Shown here: positions 7,859 to 17,525 of the stretch, piece by piece
How positions within the stretch are numbered: position 1 is the stretch's first letter
Layout of the letters: the number at the start of each line of letters is the position of its first letter
Assembly: GCA_040387235.1 (NCBI GenBank)
Contig: JAZKEE010000130.1
Coordinates: 23,967-87,966, forward strand
Direction: 5' to 3'
Source: Pseudomonadota bacterium
GTDB lineage: Bacteria > Pseudomonadota > Gammaproteobacteria > Burkholderiales > Burkholderiaceae_C
Length of the DNA: 64,000 nt
The notes under the pieces: generated by a model
The model's input: the letters and a program-made list of their open reading frames with translations, nothing else
The model's database searches: none
What the model was told of the DNA's origin: nothing
Program-made: the position numbers and the translations under genes

Positions 7859-9835
7859 ATGGCCAGGATCCGTTCGGCAGTGGCAAGGGACGCGGTGCGC
7901 CAGTGGGCGCTGCGCCTGTTGGTGCCGCTGGTGCTCCTGGCCATGCTGCGGGCATTGGCGGTATGGCAGCCGCTGCAGCGGCTGGAATACGATCTTTTCA
8001 GCAGCCTGACTGCACCCGTGCGACCCGATGCCGGCGTGGTGGTCGTCGGCATCGACGAGCCCAGCCTCGCGGCCCTGCAGGTGGCACCGCCGCTGCCCCG
8101 GCGGCTGCATGCGCAATTGGTCGAGGCGCTTTCCGCGTCCGGCGCGGCGGCGCTTGGCATGGATCTGCTGTTGTCCACTCCACAGTCTCCCGAGGACGAC
8201 GCGGCCCTGGCCCGCGCCCTGCAGGGGCGCATGCCCGTGGTGCTGGCCAGCGCCGATGTGGCTGTGCAAAGCGGGCAGGTGGCACAGTACCAGCAGAAGC
8301 TGCTGTCCATCTTCGACCAGGCGCGCCACGGCGATGTGGGCATGCGCCCCGATGACGATGGCGTGCAGCGCAGCGCCCCGTTGCAAGGCGATGCGATGTG
8401 GCGTGTGCTCGCGCGGGCTGCGGGCCGCAGTGTGGTGCCACCGCCGCCCGGTGCGCTGCTGCGCTACTACGCGCCCGAGGTGGCGCTGCCTTACGTGCAC
8501 TACACCCAGGCACTGGATCCGGCACACACTCTGCCGCCCGGCGCGCTCCAGGGCCGCCTGCTGCTGCTGGGCCAGAACACGCCCGTGGGCGGTGTGGACC
8601 AGTTCGCCACTCCCTTGCGCACGCTCGGGCATGGCACGCAGTCGGGCGTGCTGCTGCACGCCACGGCGCTGATCAACGGCCTCACGGGCGACTGGATCGT
8701 GCCTGCGCACCCGGCGGGCCCGCTGCTGCAGGCCATGGTGGCCGTCGCCCTGGTGGCCGCGCTCACGCGGCGCTGGCGTGGCTGGCTGGCCGTGTGGCTG
8801 AGCGTGGCATTGGCCCTGCTGGCGCTGATCGGCGGCCTGTGGGCCTACCTGCAGGGTGTGTGGTGGCCCACGCTGCCCACGCTGGTGGCGCTGGTGTTGC
8901 ACTTCAACGTGGGCGCGACCGACAGCTACTGGCGTGAGCGGCGCCAGCGCGAGCGCCTGCGGCTGGACTTCGGGCGCTACGTGCCGCCGGCCGTGGTCAG
9001 CGCACTCATCGCCAGCGGCGCGGCGCCTGCCGTCAGCGGCGAGCGGCGCGAACTCACGCTGCTGTTCTCGGACCTTGCGGGCTTCACCTCGGCCAGCGAG
9101 CGGCTGCCGCCCGAGGCGGTGGCCCAGGCGCTCAACGCCTATTTCACGCGCATGACCTATGCCGTGCACCGCCATGGGGGCACGCTCGACAAATTCATCG
9201 GCGATGCCGTCATGGCCTTCTGGAATGCCCCGGTGGCCGAGCCGCAGCACGCGGCCCGCGCCCTGGCTTGCGCGCAGGAGATGCAGGCCGAGATGCAGGC
9301 CTTGCGCACCCGTTGGGCCGGCACGCCCTTTGCCGACCTGCAGCTGCGCATCGGCCTGCACACGGGCGAGGCCGCCGTGGGCCACCTGGGTTCGGCGGAG
9401 CGCTTCACCTACACGGCCGTGGGCGATGCGGTGAACACCGCGGCCCGGCTGGAAGGCGCCAACAAGGCTTTCGGCACCGGCATCCTGCTGTCGCACGCCA
9501 CGCGCAGCGGCCTGCCGCAGGAGGGTACCGTACCACCGCCCTTGCTCTGGCTCGATGCCGTGGTGCTGGCCGGCCGCAGCAGCGGCATCGACGTCTACAC
9601 CCCCTGCGACGATGCGCTGCTCGTGGCCATCAGCCTGTCGTTGCAGGCCCATGTGCATGCGGGTCGCTGGCAGGAGGCCCTGGCATCTTGCGCCGCCTGG
9701 CGGGCCCGCTCGGTGCATGGGGCCCCGCTGTGGGCCGCCCAGGCCGACCGGCTTCAGGCGCAGGTTCAGGCCCTGGCCGATGCCCAGGTGCCTGCCGCGG
9801 CGGGCACGGCGTTTGCGCACGCACTCGACAAATAA
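7859..9835 (+). CDS. CHASE2-domain class III adenylate/guanylate cyclase
   Basis: CHASE2 (VVVVGIDEPSL..PLPRRLHA, DDDGVQR, SGVLLHA), 3 TM, cyclase motifs LLFSDLAGFT, LDKFIGDAVMAFW, RIGLHTGE, YTAVGDAVNTAARLE; K and T specificity residues favour ATP. Confidence 0.92.
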   Translation: MARIRSAVARDAVRQWALRLLVPLVLLAMLRALAVWQPLQRLEYDLFSSLTAPVRPDAGVVVVGIDEPSLAALQVAPPLPRRLHAQLVEALSASGAAALGMDLLLSTPQSPEDDAALARALQGRMPVVLASADVAVQSGQVAQYQQKLLSIFDQARHGDVGMRPDDDGVQRSAPLQGDAMWRVLARAAGRSVVPPPPGALLRYYAPEVALPYVHYTQALDPAHTLPPGALQGRLLLLGQNTPVGGVDQFATPLRTLGHGTQSGVLLHATALINGLTGDWIVPAHPAGPLLQAMVAVALVAALTRRWRGWLAVWLSVALALLALIGGLWAYLQGVWWPTLPTLVALVLHFNVGATDSYWRERRQRERLRLDFGRYVPPAVVSALIASGAAPAVSGERRELTLLFSDLAGFTSASERLPPEAVAQALNAYFTRMTYAVHRHGGTLDKFIGDAVMAFWNAPVAEPQHAARALACAQEMQAEMQALRTRWAGTPFADLQLRIGLHTGEAAVGHLGSAERFTYTAVGDAVNTAARLEGANKAFGTGILLSHATRSGLPQEGTVPPPLLWLDAVVLAGRSSGIDVYTPCDDALLVAISLSLQAHVHAGRWQEALASCAAWRARSVHGAPLWAAQADRLQAQVQALADAQVPAAAGTAFAHALDK

Positions 9836-9853
9836 GCCCTGAAAGGCCGCACC

Positions 9854-12800
9854 ATGCCTTCGACACGCCTGTGGATGACGACCCCCATCGCCCTGGCCGC
9901 CGCCACCCTGTGCCTGCCCGGCGCATGGGCCCAGTGCGCCGCAGGGGCTGCGACACCCGGGGCTGCGGCCGCGCAGATCGTGGCCCTGGCCGGCCAGGGC
10001 CAGACCCGGGCGGCGGGTGAAGGGCCCTGGTCGCCCGCCGCGCTGGCCCAGCAACTGGGGGCGGGGGCTGGCGTGCGCACGCTGGAGCTCTCGTCGGCCG
10101 CGCTGCTGCTGACCGACCGCACGCAGATCCGCATGTCGGCCAACGCGCAGTTGCGCCTGTGCGAGTCGCAGCCCGAACGCACCCTGCTGGAGCTGGCCGC
10201 CGGCCGGCTCTGGGCGCGCACCAAGAAGACCCCGGCGTCGCTGCAGCTGCAGACCCCGGCGGCACTGGCCGTGGTGCGCGGCACCGACTGGGATGTGGAG
10301 GTCGATGGCGCAGGCCGCACCACGCTCACCGTGCTGTCGGGCCAGGTGGATCTGTCCAACGCATTCGGCCGGGTGGAACTGGGCCCCTCGGAGCAGGGCA
10401 CGGTGGAGCCTGGCAAGGCCCCGGTCAAGCGCGTTCTGGTGCGCCCGCGCGACCGCGTGCAATGGGTCATGGCCAACCCGGTGGATGCGGGGCGTTGGGC
10501 CGAGCTGCAGGGCCGCAATCTGGCGCCTGCACTGGCTGCAGTGCGCGACGATCTGCGCGCAGGCCAGTGGCCACGGGCCCGCGAGCGCCTGGTGGCGCTG
10601 TCCGCCAGCGGGCAGGGCGGGGTGGTGGTCGAGCTGCTGCTCGCCGACCTCGAGATCTTCGACGACCGCATGGACGCGGCCCAGCAGCGCCTGGCCACCG
10701 CCTGGCAGCGCAGCCAGGACCCGCGCACCGCCGCGCGCCGCGCCGAGCTGCTGATGGCGCTGGGCCAGGGCGCCGAGGCGCGTGCCTGGCTCGATGCTGC
10801 GCGCGCCCGGGCGCCCGAGGCCACGGCGCTGCTGTTGGCCGATGCCGATTGGTTCCGGCTGGAGGGCCGGGGCGAGGAGGCCATTGCCCTGTACCGGCGC
10901 GCCGTGGCCGGTGCCGAGGCGCGCCAGGAGCCTGCCACCGACCAGGCCGCTGCCCAGTGGGGCCTGGGGCGCGCCCTGCGCGAGCGGGGTGACTTGCGCG
11001 GCGCCCGCCTGGCCCTGGCGCGTGCCCTGGCGTTGGCGCCCGCGCACCCCGCCTACCAGGGCGAGCAGGCCACGCTGGCGGCCGAAGCGCTGCGCCTGGC
11101 CGATGCGCAAAGCGGCTTCGATGCGGCCCTGGCCCAGGCGGGCGACGACTACGTGAGCCTGGCCGGCGCGGGCCTGCTGGCGCTGCAGCAGGGCGACCCC
11201 GGTGCCGCCCGCAACCACTTGCTCAAGGCCCTGGTGATCGAGCCGCGCTACGCCCGCGCCCAGGTCTGGCTGGCCGTGGCCGAATACCAGCTGGGCGAGC
11301 GCGCGGCCGCGCTCGACTCGCTGGCGCGCGCGCGCGTGGCCGACCCGAACGACCCGCTGCCTTGGCAGATCGAGTCGGTGCTGCGCAACGACCATGGCGA
11401 GCCGGTCGAGGCCATTGCCGCCGCGCGCGAGGCGCTCACTCGGCTGCCCTTTCTCAAGTCGCTCGATCCGCTCACCAGCGACAGCCAGGGCTCGGCCAAC
11501 CTGGGCAAGGCGCTGGGTGACTTCGGGCTGGAGCACTGGGCGCGGGCCTATGCCAGCGCCTCGTACTACCCGCTGTGGGCGGGGAGCCACTTCTTCCTGG
11601 CCAATCGCTACGAAAGCGATTTCAGCCGCAATTCCGAACTCTTCCAGGGCTATCTGAGCGATCCGTTGGCCTTCGGCGCCAGCGAGAAGCAGGCGCCTTT
11701 GATGCTCACCGAAGGAGGGGAGTGGCTTGCAGGCGCCAGCGCCGAGCGTGACCCGCTGCACCGCAAGCTGGTGGGTGACGTGGGCCACCATGGTTTTTCC
11801 GCAGCGCCTTTTCCAATGGCCTGGCAACTTCGGGCCAACGGCGTGCAGATGTGGCCTGACAACACAGGTGCGCCAAGCTACCGCCTGTCGTCCCCCGGGA
11901 TCGACGTGGCGCTGGGCATTCGGCCCAGCGATAGCCTGGGCCTTTTTCTGTTGCACACCGAGGACCGGGTGCGCTACAGCTTTCCCGACGGCCGGGACTT
12001 CGGCAACGGCATCACCTTCAATGGCCTGGCGCGCCAGCGCCTTGAGCGCACCGAGTTGGGCGGGTCATGGCGCTGGTCGCCCGATGCGCAGACATGGGCC
12101 AAGCTAAACCGCCTGCGCTTTGGCCAGGGCCTGGTGCTCGACGACGCCGTCTGGGGGCCCCAGGACTCGCGCATCGCCGATTCCGAAGAAGGCGTGCTGC
12201 TGCGCCATACGGTGCAGTGGGGAGCCCGGCGGCTGAGCCTGGGATGGGAGAGCGTGCGGGGCAGCGGCGAATCGGGCCTGTCGGACCCTTTGGTGACATC
12301 GACACAGCGCAGGCAGGCCCGATTTCAGATGCCCTGGCTTGCCGGTGAGTGGCGAGACGGGCCCGTGACGTGGTATGCCGAAGCCTACTGGCCCCGCCTG
12401 GCGGTGCAGTATGGCGAGCGCTTCCACGATTCACTCACCGACGAGGATCTGGTGGACCCCGTGAATGTGCGGGGTGGCCACCCGCGCCGTCTGCTGCCCC
12501 GCCTGGGGATGTCGTACCGCATCGGGCTTGGCCGGGCGTTGCACATGGCCTATATCGAAAATGTGCGTTCCACCAGCTCCAATACGCTATCGCCGGTGGC
12601 GCTGGGTGCCATTGCAATCGACCACCAATACCAGTTGCCTGGCAGTTTCGACCGCAAGCGTGCGGCGCAACTGGACTGGGAGTTCGATGCGCGTACCTTC
12701 GGCTTCGCCACCCTCTCCAGCCAGGACATCGTGAATCCCAGCTTCGCCAATGGCAGCCTGGTGTTGCCGCCGCGAGGGCTGGTGTATACGGACCGCGTAG

Positions 12801-13261
12801 GTACCTTGGGCGCGAAAATCCTGACGGGCCAGACGGTGGTGGATCCCTACAACGGCGACCCGGTGTTCACCCAGGGCCGTCTCTACCAGGCTGGCGTGGC
12901 GCTCAACCGGGTGCTGACGCCGCGCTGGAGCGTGCTGGGCAGCTATACCTGGGCACAGTCGCGCAACCTGGGCAGCCAGTTCTGGGGCAATGCGCTGCCC
13001 GGATTCGCGCGGCATTCGGTGGTGCTGACCAGTGTATGGAAACATGGCGGACGCGATCTGTCCGCCGGCTCCCTGGTTTACCGCGGATCGCGCTTTGCCG
13101 ACGAGGCCAACCGCATGGCGGGTGTGCCCGGGTGGAGCCTGGCCCTTTCACACGCGCGCGATTCGGCGGACCGGCGCTGGTCCTTTGTCGCTTCGGTGCA
13201 AACGCCTCTCCATGGCGAAACCCGGCCCGTGCTATGGGCTCGGGTGCGCTACCGGGATTGA
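9854..13261 (+). CDS. FecR + TPR + C-terminal outer-membrane beta-barrel (TonB-dependent receptor-like) protein
   Basis: signal peptide; FecR QTPAALAVVRGTDWDVEV..TLTVLSGQV; helical TPR-like repeats; C-terminal half with alternating beta-strands (RLGMSYR, GSYTWAQS, SLVYRGSRF, WARVRYRD). Confidence 0.82.
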   Translation: MPSTRLWMTTPIALAAATLCLPGAWAQCAAGAATPGAAAAQIVALAGQGQTRAAGEGPWSPAALAQQLGAGAGVRTLELSSAALLLTDRTQIRMSANAQLRLCESQPERTLLELAAGRLWARTKKTPASLQLQTPAALAVVRGTDWDVEVDGAGRTTLTVLSGQVDLSNAFGRVELGPSEQGTVEPGKAPVKRVLVRPRDRVQWVMANPVDAGRWAELQGRNLAPALAAVRDDLRAGQWPRARERLVALSASGQGGVVVELLLADLEIFDDRMDAAQQRLATAWQRSQDPRTAARRAELLMALGQGAEARAWLDAARARAPEATALLLADADWFRLEGRGEEAIALYRRAVAGAEARQEPATDQAAAQWGLGRALRERGDLRGARLALARALALAPAHPAYQGEQATLAAEALRLADAQSGFDAALAQAGDDYVSLAGAGLLALQQGDPGAARNHLLKALVIEPRYARAQVWLAVAEYQLGERAAALDSLARARVADPNDPLPWQIESVLRNDHGEPVEAIAAAREALTRLPFLKSLDPLTSDSQGSANLGKALGDFGLEHWARAYASASYYPLWAGSHFFLANRYESDFSRNSELFQGYLSDPLAFGASEKQAPLMLTEGGEWLAGASAERDPLHRKLVGDVGHHGFSAAPFPMAWQLRANGVQMWPDNTGAPSYRLSSPGIDVALGIRPSDSLGLFLLHTEDRVRYSFPDGRDFGNGITFNGLARQRLERTELGGSWRWSPDAQTWAKLNRLRFGQGLVLDDAVWGPQDSRIADSEEGVLLRHTVQWGARRLSLGWESVRGSGESGLSDPLVTSTQRRQARFQMPWLAGEWRDGPVTWYAEAYWPRLAVQYGERFHDSLTDEDLVDPVNVRGGHPRRLLPRLGMSYRIGLGRALHMAYIENVRSTSSNTLSPVALGAIAIDHQYQLPGSFDRKRAAQLDWEFDARTFGFATLSSQDIVNPSFANGSLVLPPRGLVYTDRVGTLGAKILTGQTVVDPYNGDPVFTQGRLYQAGVALNRVLTPRWSVLGSYTWAQSRNLGSQFWGNALPGFARHSVVLTSVWKHGGRDLSAGSLVYRGSRFADEANRMAGVPGWSLALSHARDSADRRWSFVASVQTPLHGETRPVLWARVRYRD

Positions 13262-13283
13262 GAGGCCGCCCGGTGGTGTCCGG

Positions 13284-14588
13284 TCAGTTGGCAGCCGCAG
13301 CGTCCGCCAGGGCCTGCAGGGCGGCAGCGACGTCTTCAGGCTGCACACCGTCCACCGCGGCCAGCCTCGGTGCCAGGGCCTGCAAGGCATCGCCACCCTT
13401 TTGCAGCTGGGCAATGGCCTGCCCGGCTTCCTTGGGCGCATCGAAGCCCGTGCTCTGCAGCAGCATGCGGCCGTCTGCCGCCACGAGCTTGAAGTAGAAC
13501 TTGCCATCGGCCTCGCGGTACTGCTTGAACGAGGGCAGGGCCGCCTTGGCCACCTTGGCCGTCTTGGTGGCCGTGCCGGCCTGCACCAGGCTGCGCAGGC
13601 CCACGGCCGAGCGCAGCTCGTGGATGAAGGGCGTGGCCAGCGCGCGGGCGCGCTCGGCACCGGTCAGCAACGTGGCTTCGATGCGGGCGGGGTTGTTGAT
13701 CAGTTCCTCGTACTGCGCACGCATGGGGGCGATCACCTGGTCCACGCGCTCGAGCAGCACCTGCTTGGCGTCGCCCCAGGCGATGCCGTCGGTGTACTGC
13801 TGGCGCAGTGCGGCGGTCTCTGCCCCGGTGGCGAAGGCCTGGTAGATCTGGAACAGGGCCGAGCCCTCCACCTCCTTGGGCTCGCCGGGCGCGCGCGAGT
13901 CGGTCAGGATGCCGCCGATGAGCTTCTTGAGCTGCTCGCGCGAGCTGAACAGCGGGATGGTGTTGTCGTAGCTCTTGCTCATCTTGCGGCCGTCCAGGCC
14001 GGGCAGGGTGGCCACATGGTCGTCGATGGCGGCCTCTGGCAGAACGAAGTGCTCGCCGTACAGGTGGTTGAAGCTCGCGGCCATGTCGCGCGCCATTTCG
14101 ATGTGCTGGATCTGGTCACGGCCCACGGGCACCTTGTGGGCCTTGAACATCAGGATGTCGGCGCCCATGAGCACCGGGTACATGAACAGACCGGCGGTCA
14201 CGCCGTCGTCGGCATCGCGCTCGGCCGCCGTGTTCTTGTCCACGCTGGCCTTGTAGGCGTGGGCGCGGTTGAGCACGCCCTTGCCGGTCACGCAGGTCAG
14301 CAGCCAGGTGAGTTCAGGAATCTCGGGGATGTCGGACTGGCGGTAAAAGGTGACCTTCTCGGGGTCCAGCCCCGCGGCCAGCCAGCTGGCCGCGATCTCC
14401 AGCGTGGAGCGCTGGATGCGCACCGGGTCCTCGCACTTGATGAGCGCGTGGTAGTCGGCCAGAAAGTAGAAGCTCTGCACGCCGGGCGTGAGGCTGGCCG
14501 CCACGGAAGGACGGATGGAGCCCACGAAGTTGCCCAGGTGGGGTGTGCCCGTGGTCGTGATGCCGGTGAGAAAGCGCGTGGTGCTCAT
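13284..14588 (-). CDS. trpS: tryptophan--tRNA ligase with C-terminal DUF1508/YegP-like extension
   Basis: HIGH-type TGTPHLGN, YPVLMGADIL, VPVGRDQIQH, KMSKS. Confidence 0.97.
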   Translation of the reverse strand: MSTTRFLTGITTTGTPHLGNFVGSIRPSVAASLTPGVQSFYFLADYHALIKCEDPVRIQRSTLEIAASWLAAGLDPEKVTFYRQSDIPEIPELTWLLTCVTGKGVLNRAHAYKASVDKNTAAERDADDGVTAGLFMYPVLMGADILMFKAHKVPVGRDQIQHIEMARDMAASFNHLYGEHFVLPEAAIDDHVATLPGLDGRKMSKSYDNTIPLFSSREQLKKLIGGILTDSRAPGEPKEVEGSALFQIYQAFATGAETAALRQQYTDGIAWGDAKQVLLERVDQVIAPMRAQYEELINNPARIEATLLTGAERARALATPFIHELRSAVGLRSLVQAGTATKTAKVAKAALPSFKQYREADGKFYFKLVAADGRMLLQSTGFDAPKEAGQAIAQLQKGGDALQALAPRLAAVDGVQPEDVAAALQALADAAAAN

Positions 14589-14629
14589 GGGAAACGGATT
14601 CTGCGGAAAAGGGGATAAAGGTGAGCCGC

Positions 14630-15298
14630 TCAGCGCAGCAAGGCCATCAGCGGCGTGAGCAGCAGGTTGATTGCGCCATAGCCCAGCGACATCAGCGGGC
14701 GCAGCCAGATGGTGCCCACCACGCCGGCCACGACCAGGCCCATCACGATGAAGAAACCGAAGGGCTCGATGCGCGAGACCATGTGGGCGGCCTTCCAGGG
14801 CAGCAGGCCGACGAGAATGCGACCGCCATCGAGGGGGGGCAGCGGGAACAGGTTGAACGCCCACATCACCAGGTTGACCAGGATGCCGGCGCGCGCCATC
14901 TCGATGAAAAAGCGCTCGTTGACGTCCATTCCGAGCAGAACCACCAACACGATGCCCCAGACAACGGCCTGCACGAAGTTGGATGCCGGACCGGCCAGCG
15001 CCACCCAGATCATGTGCTGCTTGGGGTTGCGCAGGTTGCCGAAATTCACCGGCACCGGCTTCGCATAGCCGAACAGGAAGGCCCCTGATGTGGCGAAATA
15101 CAGCACCAGCGGCATGAGGATGGTGCCGATGGGATCGATGTGCTTGAGCGGGTTGAGGGTGATCCGGCCCATCATGTAAGCGGTGTTGTCGCCGAAGTGG
15201 CGAGCCGCGTAGCCATGGGCAGCTTCGTGCACGGTGATGGCGAAGAGCACCGGCAGGGCATAGATCAGAACGGTTTGGATGAGATTGGAGATGTCCAC
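14630..15298 (-). CDS. site-2 protease (peptidase M50) family membrane protein
   Basis: HEAAH zinc motif, [18 protein letters not shown]; GTG start inferred. Confidence 0.92.
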   Translation of the reverse strand: MDISNLIQTVLIYALPVLFAITVHEAAHGYAARHFGDNTAYMMGRITLNPLKHIDPIGTILMPLVLYFATSGAFLFGYAKPVPVNFGNLRNPKQHMIWVALAGPASNFVQAVVWGIVLVVLLGMDVNERFFIEMARAGILVNLVMWAFNLFPLPPLDGGRILVGLLPWKAAHMVSRIEPFGFFIVMGLVVAGVVGTIWLRPLMSLGYGAINLLLTPLMALLR

Positions 15299-15485
15299 CT
15301 GGGAGATTGTCTCAGACACGCGACAACAACCCTTTGGCGCAGTCACTTTCCAGGATTGTTACGATGACGCTGCTGTTTCAAATGGATACAGGCATGGCAG
15401 ACTAGGCGCAGGCCCTGCCAGCGCTACATTGAACGCAACGGTCGCCGTATATATACATACAACACTGACATCGGAGATGAATCCC

Positions 15486-16685
15486 ATGGGCCTGGATCGT
15501 TTGAAGATTGGAACGCGCCTCATTCTGGCGTTTGGCACCATCGCCTTGCTGGTGGCAATACTGATGGCGGTGGCCAGTTCCGGCATCGGTCAGGCCGACG
15601 ACGCCTACCGCGCTGCGGTGGGTTCGGCCAGGGGGCTCACTGCAGAGCAGCGAGCGCCTCTGGAGCAGGCCATCCGCGCAGGCCAGGGCCACCTGGAGAG
15701 CGCGCGCCTGTGGGTGCTGCTGCTGGGTGCGGGGGTGTTCGTTGTTTCGCTGGTGTCGTTCGTGCTGCTGCGCAGCGGCATCGTGCATCCGCTGAACCAG
15801 GCCATCCTGATTGCCGAGACGGTGGCATCGGGCGACCTGAGCCAGGAGTTCTCCTCGGAACTCGAAGGCGACTTCGGCCGCCTGCTCACGGCGCTGGGCA
15901 CCATGGAGGACACGCTGACCGAGCTGGTCTCGGGCATCAAGCAGTCCACGGACTCGATCACCGAGGCGGCGGCGGACATCGACTCGGGCAACTCCGACCT
16001 GGCACGCCGCACCGATGACCAGGTGAGCTCCCTGGCCGACACGGCCGGCAGCATGGCCGAGCTGACCTCCACCGTGCGCCAGAATGCCGAGCGCGCCCGC
16101 TCCGCCAGCAGCCTGGCCGTGAATGCCTCGCAGATCGCCGAGCGTGGCGGCTCCGTGGTGGGCGACGTGGTGCAGACCATGCAGGCCATCAGCGGCAGCT
16201 CGCGCAAGATCGTGGACATCATCCAGGTCATCGAGGGCATTGCCTTCCAGACCAACATCCTGGCGCTCAATGCGGCGGTCGAAGCGGCACGTGCCGGCGA
16301 GCAGGGCCGGGGCTTTGCCGTGGTGGCCAGCGAGGTGCGCAACCTCGCGCAGCGCAGCGCCGTGGCGGCCCGCGAGATCAAGACCCTGATCAGCCAGTCG
16401 GTCGACCAGGTCGAAAGCGGTGCCGGCCATGTGGGCCGCGCCGGCAAGACCATGGAGGAGATCGTGGGCGCGGTCGGCCAGGTCAGCGCGCTGCTGGGCG
16501 AGATATCGGGGGCCCTGCATGCGCAGAGCGCAGGCATCGAGCAAGTGAACGGTGCCGTGGCGCAGATGGACAGCGCCACCCAGCAGAACGCGGCGCTGGT
16601 GCAGCAGGCGGCCAGTGCCGCCTCGGCCTTGTCGTCGCGTGCGCAGGACCTGCAGCGCGCCGTCGGGGCGTTCAAGCTGGATTGA
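15486..16685 (+). CDS. methyl-accepting chemotaxis protein with very short periplasmic domain
   Basis: 2 TM, HAMP, signalling hairpin [30 protein letters not shown]; GGAG RBS before ATG. Confidence 0.93.
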   Translation: MGLDRLKIGTRLILAFGTIALLVAILMAVASSGIGQADDAYRAAVGSARGLTAEQRAPLEQAIRAGQGHLESARLWVLLLGAGVFVVSLVSFVLLRSGIVHPLNQAILIAETVASGDLSQEFSSELEGDFGRLLTALGTMEDTLTELVSGIKQSTDSITEAAADIDSGNSDLARRTDDQVSSLADTAGSMAELTSTVRQNAERARSASSLAVNASQIAERGGSVVGDVVQTMQAISGSSRKIVDIIQVIEGIAFQTNILALNAAVEAARAGEQGRGFAVVASEVRNLAQRSAVAAREIKTLISQSVDQVESGAGHVGRAGKTMEEIVGAVGQVSALLGEISGALHAQSAGIEQVNGAVAQMDSATQQNAALVQQAASAASALSSRAQDLQRAVGAFKLD

Positions 16686-16691
16686 TGCGAA

Positions 16692-16843
16692 TCACCCCCT
16701 GAGCCGCTTCGCGTCTTCCCCCTCTCTCTCGCATTGCTGTGCAGTGCGGGGAGGGAGACGCCCCCAGCGCAAGCGCTGAATACGCCGCCTTCGCGGCGGG
16801 GCGACCCTTGCGCGGGGGCGCTGGCCCCTGCCGCGCCAGTTTC
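16692..16843 (+). repeat. structured intergenic repeat (REP/MITE-like), copy 2
   Basis: homologous to 5435-5584; follows the MCP stop codon. Confidence 0.8.
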
Positions 16844-16871
16844 ATTCCCAGCGGGCCATGCACAGCGGGGT

Positions 16872-17507
16872 CTACATCCCCAGGGCCTGCAGGCTGCCGC
16901 GGCCTTCGCGCACCACTTCGGGGTCACCACCGGTGCCCATGGGGGTGAGGTCCACCACGGTGGTGGGTTCCAGCGGGCACGCGCCCGCGTCCACGATCGC
17001 ATCCACCAGCTTTTCGTAGCGTTCGCGGATTTCCTGTGGGTCGTTCAGCGGCTCGGTTTCGCCGGCCGGGATCAGCGTGGTGGCGAGCAGGGGCGCGCCA
17101 TGCTGCTCCAGCAGCAACTGCAGCACCTTGCCCTCGGGCACCCGCAGGCCGATGGTCTTGCGCGAGGGGTGGCTCACGCGGCGTGGCACTTCCTTGGTGG
17201 CTTCGAGGATGAAGGTATAGGGCCCGGGCGTACCCAGCTTGAGCAGGCGGTATTGGCGGTTGTCCACGCGCGCGTAATTGGCCAGCTCCGAGAGGTCGCG
17301 GCACAGCAGGGTCAGGTGGTGCTTGTCGTCCACCTGGCGGATACGGCGCAGCCGGTCCACCGCATCCTTGTCGTCGAGGTGGCATACCAGCGCGTAGCTC
17401 GAATCGGTGGGGACGGCGACGATGCCGCCCTTTTGCAGCAGCGTGGCGGCCTGCTTGAGCAGCCGCGGCTGGGGGTTGTCGGGGTGGACTTCGAAATACT
17501 GGGCCAT
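16872..17507 (-). CDS. yciO: Sua5/YciO/YrdC family protein (YciO-like)
   Basis: MAQYFEVHPDNPQPRL, PTDSSYAL, TPGPYTFIL, RKTIGLRVP, PTTVVDL. Confidence 0.9.
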   Translation of the reverse strand: MAQYFEVHPDNPQPRLLKQAATLLQKGGIVAVPTDSSYALVCHLDDKDAVDRLRRIRQVDDKHHLTLLCRDLSELANYARVDNRQYRLLKLGTPGPYTFILEATKEVPRRVSHPSRKTIGLRVPEGKVLQLLLEQHGAPLLATTLIPAGETEPLNDPQEIRERYEKLVDAIVDAGACPLEPTTVVDLTPMGTGGDPEVVREGRGSLQALGM

Positions 17508-17525
17508 GGGGAAGATGCAGTCAGG

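Noticed and set aside
7466-11956. 1496-aa minus-strand ORF
   Set aside because: Antisense shadow of the cyclase and FecR-TPR genes in GC-rich DNA; only the last 85 codons (the lipoprotein) look real.
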